The notes under the pieces are model-generated. The model made no database searches and was not told the origin of the DNA. It saw nothing but the letters and a program-made list of their open reading frames with translations. From Fistulifera solaris (lineage: Eukaryota), in the NCBI GenBank assembly GCA_030295235.1, contig AP026155.1, forward strand, positions 558,001 to 622,000: a DNA stretch of 64,000 bases. The letters run 5' to 3'. The position numbers were made by a program, and so were the translations under genes. This document shows, piece after piece, positions 36,961-48,478 of this stretch (its first letter is position 1; each line of letters begins with the position of its first letter).

Positions 36961-37294
36961 ATGCTGCGGCCGCGTTCACCGCGTTGTCGTGAATGGAACC
37001 AAAACTACCGTATGGATCCGTATCAAATTTTACAAATACGACAAGATGCGACTCTAAATGAAATCCGACACGCGTATCAACGATTGGCGTTGTTGCATCA
37101 TCCGGTGCGTCGACGAAAACAACAACCACCACAATCACAACAACAATATCAACAACATCAAAATCAAATGCATTGTTTTGAAATCCTTGCGGCTTGTTAC
37201 GAAACCTTGATGGATGTCGAAGCCCGTCGACGTTGTGATGTACTATTACAGGAACAAGAAACCGCAACACTGCATCGAACGTTGAGTGAGAGTA

Positions 37295-37327
<33 letters not shown>

Positions 37328-37874
37328 CAAAGGAAAACGAGGTCAAGGTAGTAGGAAGAATGCGTCACGATGATGACAACCAGCATCCGTCGGATCGGTT
37401 GGGCTTGGTGGTACTGCATACAATGCCTTCTTTGGCGGAAATTTCTTTGTGTAATTCGACAGATGAATCGCTCTTAACGCAAGAGGACGTGTGGAGACAC
37501 GTTACGACGGATGCGCAACAGGTCGATGGACAAGAACAAGTGGAAATAGTGTATTCCTTTGAAGAAAGCAAGGATCAAGGCGATCCATGTCCAACGACAA
37601 CCTTACGCCCTTTGCGCATTCTCAATAGTCAACAATCCTCGTGGGACGAAGATGATTCGACGAACGAAACACTGGAAGATATACAGTCGATCGACACTTC
37701 TTCTCCATCGACTGACGAGGACGACACGTCCGAAACACATTATACGAGCGCAGAAATTGATCGCATGTTTGGGGGACCACTGCAACTGCTGTTTCGAGCG
37801 CGACGTTGGAAAGTGTTTCGAGATCCGTTCGAAGTATTTGCCGAAGTCTTTGAAAATCCCTTGTACGGTCATAC

Positions 37875-37907
<33 letters not shown>

Positions 37908-38262
37908 GACCTTCTTCTGCACAGCACCCGGTTCTACTACCACCCAAGGCTTTCGCAATGCGTGGCAAATACCAACGAAACTGGAAAAATTGCCCTCGGA
38001 ACATGTGAATCGACGAACGACGATTCATCGGACGCGTCGCGTTGTTGAGGGACACGAAATTGTGCGAACGGCCGTAGTACGGATTGATCCGCGGACGAAA
38101 CAACGACATGTGACCATTTCGGTCACGCGAGATGATGGATCCTTCCTGGAGGAGGAAGAGGATTCCCCCCGGAACGATTGGTTTTACTTTCTTGATTCGT
38201 TGTGTGTCGGATCATCTGGTAATGGGAATTGCTTTTGTTTCGATTTTTCCGTTTGCACTTGA
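36961..38262 (+). CDS. J-like protein with degenerate HPD motif (HPV)
   Basis: MDPYQIL, EIRHAYQRLALLHHPVR, FEILAACYETL, FRDPFEVFAEVF; poly-R and poly-H tracts encoded by microsatellites. Confidence 0.7.
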
Positions 38263-38360
38263 GTGAGAGAGAGGGAGACAGACAGACAGACAGAGCTCAA
38301 TAAACCATAACAACTAGCTAGGAGATTACATCACACAATCTAGGGGAACTCTCAACTCTA

Positions 38361-38406
38361 CTATCTTGATGATACAATAAAACCTATCTTGATGATACAA
38401 TTAAAC
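38361..38406. repeat. 23-bp tandem duplication
   Basis: ctatcttgatgatacaat.aaac twice. Confidence 0.85.
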
Positions 38407-38727
38407 GACGTGGAAGCATATTGTAACCTTGTTGCCATTTGATATTCTGTTTCGCTTTCAAGAATAATCTAGGTTTTTGTTTGAGGGTCGGTTGCCGGGT
38501 AGAACTGTTTGAAAAATAATGCAGGGAATGCTCTGTCACCTTGGCTGGTAGGCGGTTGCCGGGCGCGCTACTTGTTTTCATACATTATAAATAACGGCTG
38601 TTATTCGAATTGGGTCGTTGAATGATGGATAGTATCAGACCCTTTATCGGTTGGAAGGACAACAGGCACGCCGGAACGCCCAGGATGGGGAAAAAGTGTG
38701 GGAGCCACTCATCGATCGGAGGAAACA

Positions 38728-40680
38728 ATGAGACAAGAGCAACAACAGAGCATAAACATTTACAGATTGACGATCGTCGCATATCCCATTATGCTCTCTA
38801 TAATTGTACAAAACCCTGAAGGAACATTCGTAGCCGTTCTCTTCGTCATCACGGCCTGGCCTTACTTCACAAAAAGCTGGAACGACTGGCGCAAAGAGCA
38901 GTTTTTACGAAATCATCCTTCGGTCATTCTCGTTTCCAAGCCTTTATCAAAAGATGTTTGGCCGACACGGTTGGTGAAGTGTGTTTATAGGAATGCACAA
39001 AACTGGGTTTTGTCGTGTTGTCGAGTGGTTCTTTCTATCCTAGCAACAATTCTGCGAATGCTGACAATCTGGTTCACTTCAAAACCAGCTCCAGAAACAA
39101 CGAAACCTGTAGCGTCCCCTCCAGCAGAGCCGGAACCCCTGACGGCTTCGCCCCAACCTGTAGCCACGCGAGTCAATGCGCCGACATCGGTATTGAAGCG
39201 ACGTGGAGAACGTCGAAGATCGATGGAGCCCCGGGTCACCTTTACGGAAGCGGCCAATGGAAAAGTCGCGACATCTTACTACTACTACAATCCCAGCCAG
39301 CAATCGAATCAAAAAGCGGCAATGAATGATATGCATACACCCGCTGCAGCGCAACGTACTTCACGTCATTCCACGCCGTATCCTTTGGCGAAACAGCCAC
39401 CACCGAAAACCCAAAATGACGAAACGCCGAATGCCTTTCGGACTCTCGACAAAGAGAATTTGCCGAAACTGTATTCCTACAAGAATCATTCTCCAGGTCA
39501 AAGACAGATGCGTGCCGCTATGGCACCAGTGACGAGTGCCCTACGAAAACGACGAATTGAATTGGAAAATTTAGCGATTCATGCTTCGGACAAGAAACGT
39601 CGCATACCCATGGGGACACACTCCGCCGCTGTGGTGAATCCCCACAAGCGACGCGAAAGGCAACTTTTGGTATGGGAACATTTGAACAAGAAGTCCAAGA
39701 AAGAGGAGTTGCTATTGAAAGACGACGCACTTACTGCTTTACCGAGTAGCGACACAGCAACACAAGTACTTCCGTTGGAGAATGCAGCGAGTGCTTCCTT
39801 CGCCCCTCCTGTCAATTACTCATTGACTCCGTCTCAAAATAATGCTCTGCCGAATGGATCTACCGAAGAACCGACAGCCAATGCCAACTTTCAGTTTAGA
39901 GCCTCGGCGACTTCGGATTCATCCAAGCCTTCGTCAAGCTTTCATTCTGGATCGACAGCAAGTGCGCCTACTTCCACTATTGCACCTTCTTCTTTCCCAC
40001 CTCAAAGTACTTTTCTACCGAAGGAAAATACTCAATCGACGCCTAGTTTGGGCTTTCAGATTGGTGCTTTGACTACCTACGAAGCTACCGCTTTGTCAAC
40101 CGCTCCGCTCGGATCGACAGCATCGCATAGCGAGAAGACCAGCACCAATGGATTTCAGTTCGGATCGAATGGGTCCTCCGTGAACCGAAAAGAAGAAGCG
40201 ATGTCCGCCAATTCGAGTTTTCAGTTCGGCTCTTCGAAACCGGGGGCAGAAGCTGCCACCAATGCTGTGAAGGCTCCTACCTTCGCCTTTGGGGCAACAA
40301 CGAGCGCGCCCAGTGCTACAGAGACACCCAACAATTCGAGCTCGTCATTTGGAAACTCTCTACAATCCTCTACGAGCACAGCAACCTTTCAACCGGCCTT
40401 CCAATTCGGATCCTCCGCAGAGAATACACCCGCTCCTGGTCCAGTCTTGAATGGAGCTGTACCCGCAAACGTCGATCCGCGAAAAGATCAATCGAATGCT
40501 GCCTTTCAGTTTGGCGGACGCGATGCAACTGCTTCCTTCGGCATGCCCAGCAACAATGGCGCTCCTGATGCCACTTCGGCACCTGCCTTTGGTGCTCCGG
40601 TGTTTGGAATGGGATCTCCTGTCACCAGCAACAATGCCCGTACTCGTCGTTTGGCCCGTCGGGGCCGTCGGGTTGCTTAG
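38728..40680 (+). CDS. Putative transmembrane FG-repeat nucleoporin
   Basis: N-terminal hydrophobic segments, basic NLS-like clusters, S/T/A-rich tail with FQFG/FAFG/AFG repeats and a basic C-terminus RTRRLARRGRR. Confidence 0.65.
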   Translation: MRQEQQQSINIYRLTIVAYPIMLSIIVQNPEGTFVAVLFVITAWPYFTKSWNDWRKEQFLRNHPSVILVSKPLSKDVWPTRLVKCVYRNAQNWVLSCCRVVLSILATILRMLTIWFTSKPAPETTKPVASPPAEPEPLTASPQPVATRVNAPTSVLKRRGERRRSMEPRVTFTEAANGKVATSYYYYNPSQQSNQKAAMNDMHTPAAAQRTSRHSTPYPLAKQPPPKTQNDETPNAFRTLDKENLPKLYSYKNHSPGQRQMRAAMAPVTSALRKRRIELENLAIHASDKKRRIPMGTHSAAVVNPHKRRERQLLVWEHLNKKSKKEELLLKDDALTALPSSDTATQVLPLENAASASFAPPVNYSLTPSQNNALPNGSTEEPTANANFQFRASATSDSSKPSSSFHSGSTASAPTSTIAPSSFPPQSTFLPKENTQSTPSLGFQIGALTTYEATALSTAPLGSTASHSEKTSTNGFQFGSNGSSVNRKEEAMSANSSFQFGSSKPGAEAATNAVKAPTFAFGATTSAPSATETPNNSSSSFGNSLQSSTSTATFQPAFQFGSSAENTPAPGPVLNGAVPANVDPRKDQSNAAFQFGGRDATASFGMPSNNGAPDATSAPAFGAPVFGMGSPVTSNNARTRRLARRGRRVA

Positions 40681-40800
40681 CTATAGTTCACATAACGACA
40701 ATATCAGAAAGAGTATTTTGAAAATGCCTTGGTACATAGAGTAATATAGGGATTGAGAATGAATCGCTAGCAAGCCATGTTTGAGAAGAAAAATTTACAT

Positions 40801-42276
40801 TTACATTGAAATCAGAACGGGGGACAATTCCACGCTATGCTTGTCATCGTGTACCGCAGAGTCTGGGATCAAGTCATCAACGATACGTTTATCATCAATA
40901 ATGACAGCAAGAGCATCTTCAGTCGTTTTTGGTAACGAAAATTTTTCGCTGGCTGATGATCCGAAAGTAGCCACGACATTTTCCTTCTTGTCGTTCGGAT
41001 GATCCTCATTGACTTCATCCAAGGTCAACTTCTGCAATTCGCGCAGCAGTTCGTCTTCCTCGTCGGTTTCGATGGTCACGGTTGACTGCAACATTAAAGC
41101 TGCATTAATTTCGTCCTGATCTTGTATGACTTCTTTCCAATCATCCATAACATCATGAACGTCCGCCAGTTCTTTATGAATATCACGCAACACGGTCCGA
41201 GCCGATCCCATGACCTGCACGATCGATCGATTGTGGACCGCTTGTCGTAACGTCATTTGAATGGTAGTAATTTGCAACAACTGATGTTGTTTGTGCGCCA
41301 TTTGGGATTCACAGAGTTTGTACAGTTTCATGGACGGCAACGGATTCACCTGTCGTCGTTTTGCTACCAAGGCCGCTGCCCGATACTTTTTCGCCTGTTC
41401 TTCCAGCGCGGCGTATTCCTGTTCCAGACGCTGAACCGTTTGTTGCAAATCATATTCCACCACTCGTGTCGACACGTCCTGTGACCTTGTGACGAGGACA
41501 CATTCGTTCGATGGTGTCGTATGCACCGATACGGGCACTCCAGTACGTTCCAATACGTGACACAACACTTTGACTTCGTCAAGAGGCAAATGGCGGAGCA
41601 AAGTGTGTTCATCGGTCGCATCCGGTTGCTTCTTCCAGATGGATGACAAGGGAACAATGTCGTGCGATTGGGATTTCAATATGGATATAAGATGTTCCAG
41701 TAACGATCGAGCTAGTGCCGGGTGAATCCATTGCTCGTGTGGGTCGCTGTTGACGGTCGTCTCCGGTGGTTCTTCTTCCTCTTCTTCCTCTTCTTTGTCT
41801 TCACTTTCCTCATGGCGATGACGCCCAAACGTCCACAATCCCTGAATGACACTCCACCAAGACAATGATGAGGAGGCAGCAGACTCCTCGATGAGCTGTC
41901 GATCTTGAAAGGGTCGTAACAAGGTGACAAGTTGTTCGATGATGGTGTCATCCTTCCATTCGATCAACAAATCCTCCGGATCCGGAATTTCCTGTCCGAC
42001 CGGAAATTGGGATTCAATTTGCCATCTCGTGGCTTTCAATGAGTTATGTTTGAGACAAGCCAGCCGATGGGCCTGTTCCCATGTCATTGTTGATGATAAG
42101 TTGCTTGTTTGAGTCGACGTGGATATTAGAGGGTTGTTTGATTGTAATACAGGAAGAAATGAAATCTGCACGAAAGCATCATCATCGTCAACTTGCGCGT
42201 TCGTGTCTCCTTCGTCGCTACAGGAAGAAGCGTCATCATCTTTTTTGTCGCGACGTTGCACCCACAGAAATGACAT
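40801..42276 (-). CDS. CHMP7-like ESCRT-III (Snf7 domain) protein
   Basis: Long N-terminal region followed by a Snf7-like helical pattern: L.Q.V.RLEQE..ALEEQAKK..AAAL..K, ..NRSIVQ.M, DVHDVMDD..E...DQDEI..AL, DEEDELLREL.KL. Confidence 0.65.
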   Translation of the reverse strand: MSFLWVQRRDKKDDDASSCSDEGDTNAQVDDDDAFVQISFLPVLQSNNPLISTSTQTSNLSSTMTWEQAHRLACLKHNSLKATRWQIESQFPVGQEIPDPEDLLIEWKDDTIIEQLVTLLRPFQDRQLIEESAASSSLSWWSVIQGLWTFGRHRHEESEDKEEEEEEEEPPETTVNSDPHEQWIHPALARSLLEHLISILKSQSHDIVPLSSIWKKQPDATDEHTLLRHLPLDEVKVLCHVLERTGVPVSVHTTPSNECVLVTRSQDVSTRVVEYDLQQTVQRLEQEYAALEEQAKKYRAAALVAKRRQVNPLPSMKLYKLCESQMAHKQHQLLQITTIQMTLRQAVHNRSIVQVMGSARTVLRDIHKELADVHDVMDDWKEVIQDQDEINAALMLQSTVTIETDEEDELLRELQKLTLDEVNEDHPNDKKENVVATFGSSASEKFSLPKTTEDALAVIIDDKRIVDDLIPDSAVHDDKHSVELSPVLISM

Positions 42277-42789
42277 GAATGGCTCTATTATTAGTAATCC
42301 AAGAAGAAAGCACGAGTCGCTTTTGGTTGTCTTTTTCGTTGGATGTTCCTTTGATTGTTATAATATTATGTCTCTGCATTATTTCGCATTATAAAAATGC
42401 GATCGAACAGTCGCGGGACTGCATTGGAGTTGAGTCGTAGAAACCCTCGACACTCATCATTCATCATGATGTATGTATAGTATAGGCCTCGCTGGGATGA
42501 TGTCCTCGAATCATTCTTGACGCGCTCTGGGTTTGATGTTTGGACATTAGTTGTAGCTGTGCAAACTTATTCTAGAAAGGTTACGAACAAACGTTTTAAG
42601 GGTATTGTTCGGTAAAGTCAGCAGCAACCAAGCCATCTCTTGACAATAGCAGATAAGGGCGTTTGCGACTGTCACGAACGAAAGAATACGACAATCACAC
42701 TAGAAGTTCATCAATCAGTTCTTTATTATCGTTTACTAGTTATCGTTTATAGACAAATAAAGCACATGTGTCACACTCCCGCCTTCAAA

Positions 42790-43333
42790 CTAACATTCAT
42801 AATGATGTTGACTGACAATCAGTGCCACAATCATTCCGTACAATGCCAGCGCTTCACTGAAAATCAACATGATCAACATTCCCACAAACAATTTGTTTTG
42901 ATCCTCGGAACCACCCATACCAGCCGTATTTCCGCTACTTTCCGCCGCATCCGCACCTTCTTGACTGTCGGGAATTGTCGCATAACCCGCCGCTTCTCGT
43001 TCTCCGGGAAATAACGTAATTTGACTCGCTCGATATCCCACCGCCCGAATGCCGTAATCGCCAACAATCCCAATACACAGACCCGCCGCCAAACCACTGA
43101 CGCCACAACACAATCCCGCACACAAATGCGCCATGCCCGAATAGGTCGAATAAACATTGTCGCGTGTGGTGGAATCCGGCACTGGAATGGCTTGTCCCAA
43201 AATGACTCCCACAATGAGTCCATAAATGCCAATCACACCCGCCATGACAATGGGGATGACATTTTTCATGACAGACGATGGATGACGAATGCCCGTGTGT
43301 ACGATACTGACTCCGGCTTTCCAAGTACCCATC

Positions 43334-43372
<39 letters not shown>

Positions 43373-43833
43373 GGAAAACGAAAAGAAGGAATTCAAATAG
43401 AGAGAGAAAAGAAAGAAAAAAATATCAGCGACATTGATGAATATAGAATACATTATTTTGTTTGGAAGTGAAAAAAAGAAAGTATAGAAGACACATAACG
43501 ATAAAATACAATAAATACAAAAAGGAAATCACCCGAATGAATACGCAGTCCTATATTCTTCCATCCAACGACGGACAAGAAGGAAATGCGAACGAACGAA
43601 CGAATAAAAAAAACAAGCACGTTTTTTTTTCGTTTTTGCACATCCAAAACAGCACACACACACACACACACACGCACATAGACACACAATTGGCAATCCA
43701 TACTCCATACACGTACCGCACTACCCCAATTCGAAAGACATACCGCAGAAGCGACTCCCATGTAACCCAACGCGGTAGCCCACGAAGGACATTGCGAAAC
43801 CGGCAAATGATCCATAATTCCCGGATCGACCAT
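42790..43833 (-). CDS. V-type H+-ATPase 16-kDa proteolipid (subunit c) with long loop insertion, copy 1
   Basis: Exons 43717-43833 and 42790-43332; [65 protein letters not shown]. Confidence 0.92.
43334..43371. repeat. (GTT)n microsatellite just upstream of a splice acceptor on the minus strand
   Basis: Seen directly in the sequence. Confidence 0.9.
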
Positions 43834-44341
43834 GATTTGTGAAAAATGAAAGTAAGTAAGCCGTAACTTATTGAAATCAGCAATCGAAGAAAAAAAGAAA
43901 ACAAGGGAATGAAAAGAAAAAGAACGACACAAAGATACTTTGGAAGGTGTTCTAAAAATTTTTGCAGGCGAATGAAAACACAAACAAAAAAAAAAACTTC
44001 TTGCGGGCGGAAGGAGGTTTTGGTTGGCGCGCGGCCGAGAACGACAAGCCTGCCACACGTTGTAGAACAGTCCAATTGAAGTATCCTATAAAGTGTGGTT
44101 CCGCGATTCTTCGGGAGTAGTATGCAATGCAATGCAACTGTGAATTGAGAATAGCTTCAGTTTGCTTACATAGGTGTCAGATACCGCTAAGATAAGACCA
44201 ACAACAGTACCTGTATCTATGGTATTTCATTTCATTTCGCGTCACACAATAGCAGTAAATAATGAGAAATAGATAGATAGAATAGCATCATATCAAAATA
44301 TTGCCACGCAATCTACTACGTACCTGGTAATAACTTATATC

Positions 44342-45180
44342 ATGTTAACGAAACTAATCGGAGTGGCGGCGTTCACGCTTCTACATTGCTGTGTCACGGT
44401 CATGGCAAATAATGAACGAACTTTCTCGATCTTCTCCTCCACTATTATTATTGACAGATCGACGCCATTTTCTATTCGTCACAACAACGGCTGCGACTAC
44501 ACTACCAGCACAGGCGTTTGAAGGCGGAATCGGAGGATTGGGAAAAACTAAACGCGAAACGGGTGTAGAATTTCTGTCTCCGCCCTTTCAATCAAAAGAG
44601 GGTTGGGTATCAGCCGAGGTCGTAGTGCAGGCGTCACCCTATTTGTTGGAATTTCATTCCCCGTCCATGCCTCTGCTACCGTCTTCGGCCGGACTGGAGG
44701 TCCGACAATTATCCGATCCCGAATCAGCCTACGTCCAAAGTATCACGGGTCACCAATTCCGGACCACGAAACAGAATGTCCAACAATAATTGCTCGAACA
44801 ATCCATTTTTGAGTTCGACGGGAAAATATGGAGCGTATTTGACACCCACAGATGTCAAGGTGACGCGTGTCGATGAACATCTCTGGAACGTGCGTTTCAC
44901 GGCGTATACAACCCGGATTGCGAGAAAGTGATCGTCAATTGTTACTCAACATTCAGCGCGTCGATCAAGCGTGTGTATCGTCCTCGTGGCTGGAACGACC
45001 TTGCCAACGCTACGCGAAAAACAAATATTGAAATTGCGTTCCATTGTGGACAGTTTCCGAGTCGTGCCCGCACCTTCGACGCGATTGCGGTCGCAGCGGT
45101 GTGTAGCAATATGTTACATCGAGCTGGTGTATCGCGCCGCCAACCAAGCTATACAATATACAGTAAGTAGTATGAGTTAA
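44342..45180 (+). CDS. Putative thylakoid-lumen (PsbP-like) protein; several frameshifts, boundaries uncertain
   Basis: Signal-peptide-like start at 44342; twin-arginine DRRHFL plus AQA cleavage site; FEGGIGGLGKTK.ETGV; C-terminal IVDSFRV. Confidence 0.5.
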
Positions 45181-45257
45181 AAGGATAACAATAGTCATGC
45201 TTCAAGTATGAGAGAAAATCCCGAGCCTATTTATTGAATCAACGACATGAATATGTT

Positions 45258-46045
45258 TTACGCGCACGAATACGTCTTTTGTGACAAAATCAATGCCACA
45301 ATCAAACCATACAAGGCCAAAGCTTCACTGAAAATCAACATGATCAGCATGCCGACATACAATTTATTGGCCGCTTCGGTCGGAGACGACGTTCGATCCC
45401 CATCGTCTCCGCCAATTTCGCCCATGCCTTCGTTTTGATTCCAGTACCATTTCCGACCACTTTCGGCTTTTAATCCAAACGCACGGACCCCAACATCACC
45501 AATAATACCAATGGTGCCACCGGCGGCGAGACACGAGAGACCGCAACATAAACCGGCAGCGAGCTGTTGGTCGAGAGGATTTGTGCGTGTATAAGAGGGA
45601 AAAAAATTGTGAATGGAATGAAATGAAATACAGTTCAACACACACCACAACGACTTACATGTACGTAACCCGTGTACGCCGAATAAGTATTACTGGCATC
45701 TTGTGCGGGCGAAACCACACTTTGAGTGATGATGACGGCCACAATTAAACCATAAATACCCAAAACACCCGCCATAACAATCGGCACAATCGTTTTAATA
45801 ATGCCCGCCGGATGATCAATGCCCATGTGGCAAACACCGAGTCCAGCTCGCCATGTTCCCCATGCTGATCCCCAACTACTGAGAATCATACAAGAGGACG
45901 CACCCAGAAATCCGCTGCAATAAAATAAGAGAGTCAGAGCGACCTACGAAAAAGGGAAGAACACTTCGATTTGTAAAGATTCCATTTCTTACAAGGCTGT
46001 GGCCCATGACGGACAAATTTCTTCACCGGCAACAACGGCAACCAT
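45258..46045 (-). CDS. V-type H+-ATPase proteolipid (subunit c) with loop insertion, copy 2
   Basis: Exons 45993-46045, 45659-45914, 45258-45563; [46 protein letters not shown]. Confidence 0.92.
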
Positions 46046-46400
46046 AATTTTTTATTTGCGAGTAAATTGTTTTAGTTTGTCACGTTCTTATGAACGACCA
46101 GTAATAATAGTATTACCACAAGCTCCGAAAGCGATGCTGTTTTGTCTTGCTTTTATGGTGCGGTGTGTGTACTTTTGTATTGTTGCCGTCTACCAGTACC
46201 TTCTTTGTCGGCGACGAGAATCACATCATATTCCGTTGCACAACGCCAGTATAACCTTGCGATATATTACAAAACAAGGTACCTTTTACAGAAATATTAC
46301 ATTGAACTATAGTACAAAGTGTACCTTGGGGGTTGGAAAGCATGCCGTTTTATGAACTGTCTATACAAAGTATTCACGGACAGACGGGTCAGATTTCAGA

Positions 46401-46720
46401 TTGCGAATTGGTCACGAGCAAAAAATAATTGCACGTTACGGATTACGGATGATAGGTTACCACATAGTTGTCATAGTTGTTAGTCGCGACCTAGTAATAA
46501 TTGCGAGTTCCTTAAGTTTCTCGCGAGCGAGTACTTGCAATCATAATCGCGAGTTGGTTGTGATCGAATTGCAAGTTGTTAGCTATTAGTCGGAAGCAAA
46601 TTGCGAGAACGTTATAATCATCGCGAGTTAGTCGCGAGCTTGTCCCGAAGAAGTTATGATAATCGCGATTTACTCGCTAGCAAGTACTCTGTAATAATAA
46701 TCGTGAGTATGTTGCAATCC
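46401..46720. repeat. Degenerate (T/A)(C/T)GCGAG-rich repeat tract
   Basis: About ten variants of tcgcgag/ttgcgag within ~320 bp of non-coding DNA. Confidence 0.55.
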
Positions 46721-46799
46721 GGTAACGACTATTTATTCTCCTTTCCCTGTCAAACCCGTCCCCACGGGACGAATCATAGGCAATAACAGTGATCCATGT

Positions 46800-47964
46800 T
46801 CAAAAAAAAGCCGAATGGATATAGGAGTCGAGGAACAAGTGACCAATTGGTAAAGCGAGCATAATGACCAACAAACTCAAAAGAGGACGGGGTAACACTT
46901 TCTGTAATGTGCTAAACATCTTCCAGCGTGCTTCGACTTGTTGCTCCATCATCAGGAGAACCACTTGCCACAGAAAGAAAAACGAGTGTTGGGCCATGAA
47001 CGGGAGCTACCGTCGGAAAAGCTGTCTCTAACAACCATTCATGAAAGGCTCCACTGGCGACGAAGGCACCCATGACTCCGACTGCGTGAGATCCCCCCAA
47101 AGATCGAATCGGTTTATAGACACCCTGTTTCAAACAATCATGAATGAGTCGATTCCATCGCCGTCCCCAAAAGTCCGAAGGACGAGACGACCCAAACAAT
47201 GGATTCCGCATGACGGGTTGCGTCTCATAACCCGTCAAGACCATGGTCAAAAAGGCGAGGCCGTCACAAAAGGCGGTCAAGTACAACATGACTAAGAGAC
47301 CCAACCAAAAATTGTCGAAAATCTGACGGAGTGTCACATACTGGAGTGTGTAGTAGTGCTCGGGGCGTGGTAAATGAAAGGAGGGAAAGGAATCGAAGCA
47401 ATACAAACAGGATTGCAGGGCACCCGTTGCCAGTAACATGGCACTGAATTTGAGCATTCGTCGAATAATCCTTGAAATAGTTGCGTGTTGCCATTCTCCT
47501 TTTGCATTATTATGTATCAGTAGTGGTGATCCGTATTGAAAGGCGTACGATCCCAGACTGTCACTGGGAGGAGCAAAACCAAAGAGGGCTTGTGTCGCAC
47601 GGAACATAGACAGGGTCGGTGTAATGGTTCCCATACAAAAGCGAAAGATTTGATTGTGAACGCCCAGTGCATTCATGGCAGGATCGGGGCAAAAGATCCA
47701 AAAGGGTATGACAATCCCAAAGACCCAAAAACAGTCCGTGGGTGTAATATGCGGTTGTTTTTGCAGTTTGCGCGGTAATAAAACAAAAACATATAAAAGT
47801 GCTCCGCACAATGCACCGATCACGGCTTCCAGAATGCAAACGAGAGCGATTTCCAGCCAAAACCAAAGGCTAAGAAAGTAGATATCATAGTGAGTGGTGC
47901 TCCAGAGAGGTGTCCGAATGTCTTCATATAAGACAGTGTGAGGCCACTCGTTGGGGAAAAACAT
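46800..47964 (-). CDS. MBOAT_2 membrane-bound O-acyltransferase (wax synthase-like)
   Basis: MRNPLFGSSRPSDFWGRRWNRLIH..LK.GVYKP, AFVASGAFHEW; extra base at A5 46978-46982 before FFLWQ. Confidence 0.85.
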
Positions 47965-48478
47965 GCGAAGATCGAGATAACACTCCGTCAAAAATGCGAG
48001 AAACTAATCCTCTCTTGTTTGTAAGATGAACCTCTCGTCGTATGAATAATTATTTCTTTATCCAAAAGGCGAGATCCTATTATTTATACAAGGTTGTGGT
48101 TGTGATCCCAATATACGTAGTAATTACGCGCGTCCAAAAGTCGTGGATCGGACATCAATGAGTACGGGTATCGGGTATCGGGCTAGCTACGAAGTAGAGA
48201 CGTCCTGCAATCCTGCAATACCTCGATACTTTTATTGTACGTAAAGGTCGAAAGGGCACAGTCGAGTCGCGCAGCGACTAGGGAGTCTAACCGACATCCG
48301 TCGTCTTCCGCGTTTGACCCACCAAGTTACTAGAAACAAGTACCAGGTATCGGCTCGCAGTTTTATATTATTGCATGATGTCAAAAGGAAGATTATTAGT
48401 AAGCTTATTGTCGCTTTGACTCCAAATAACACTACGTTAACACACTCAACCACTTATTAATACATCGTTCACTCAAAT

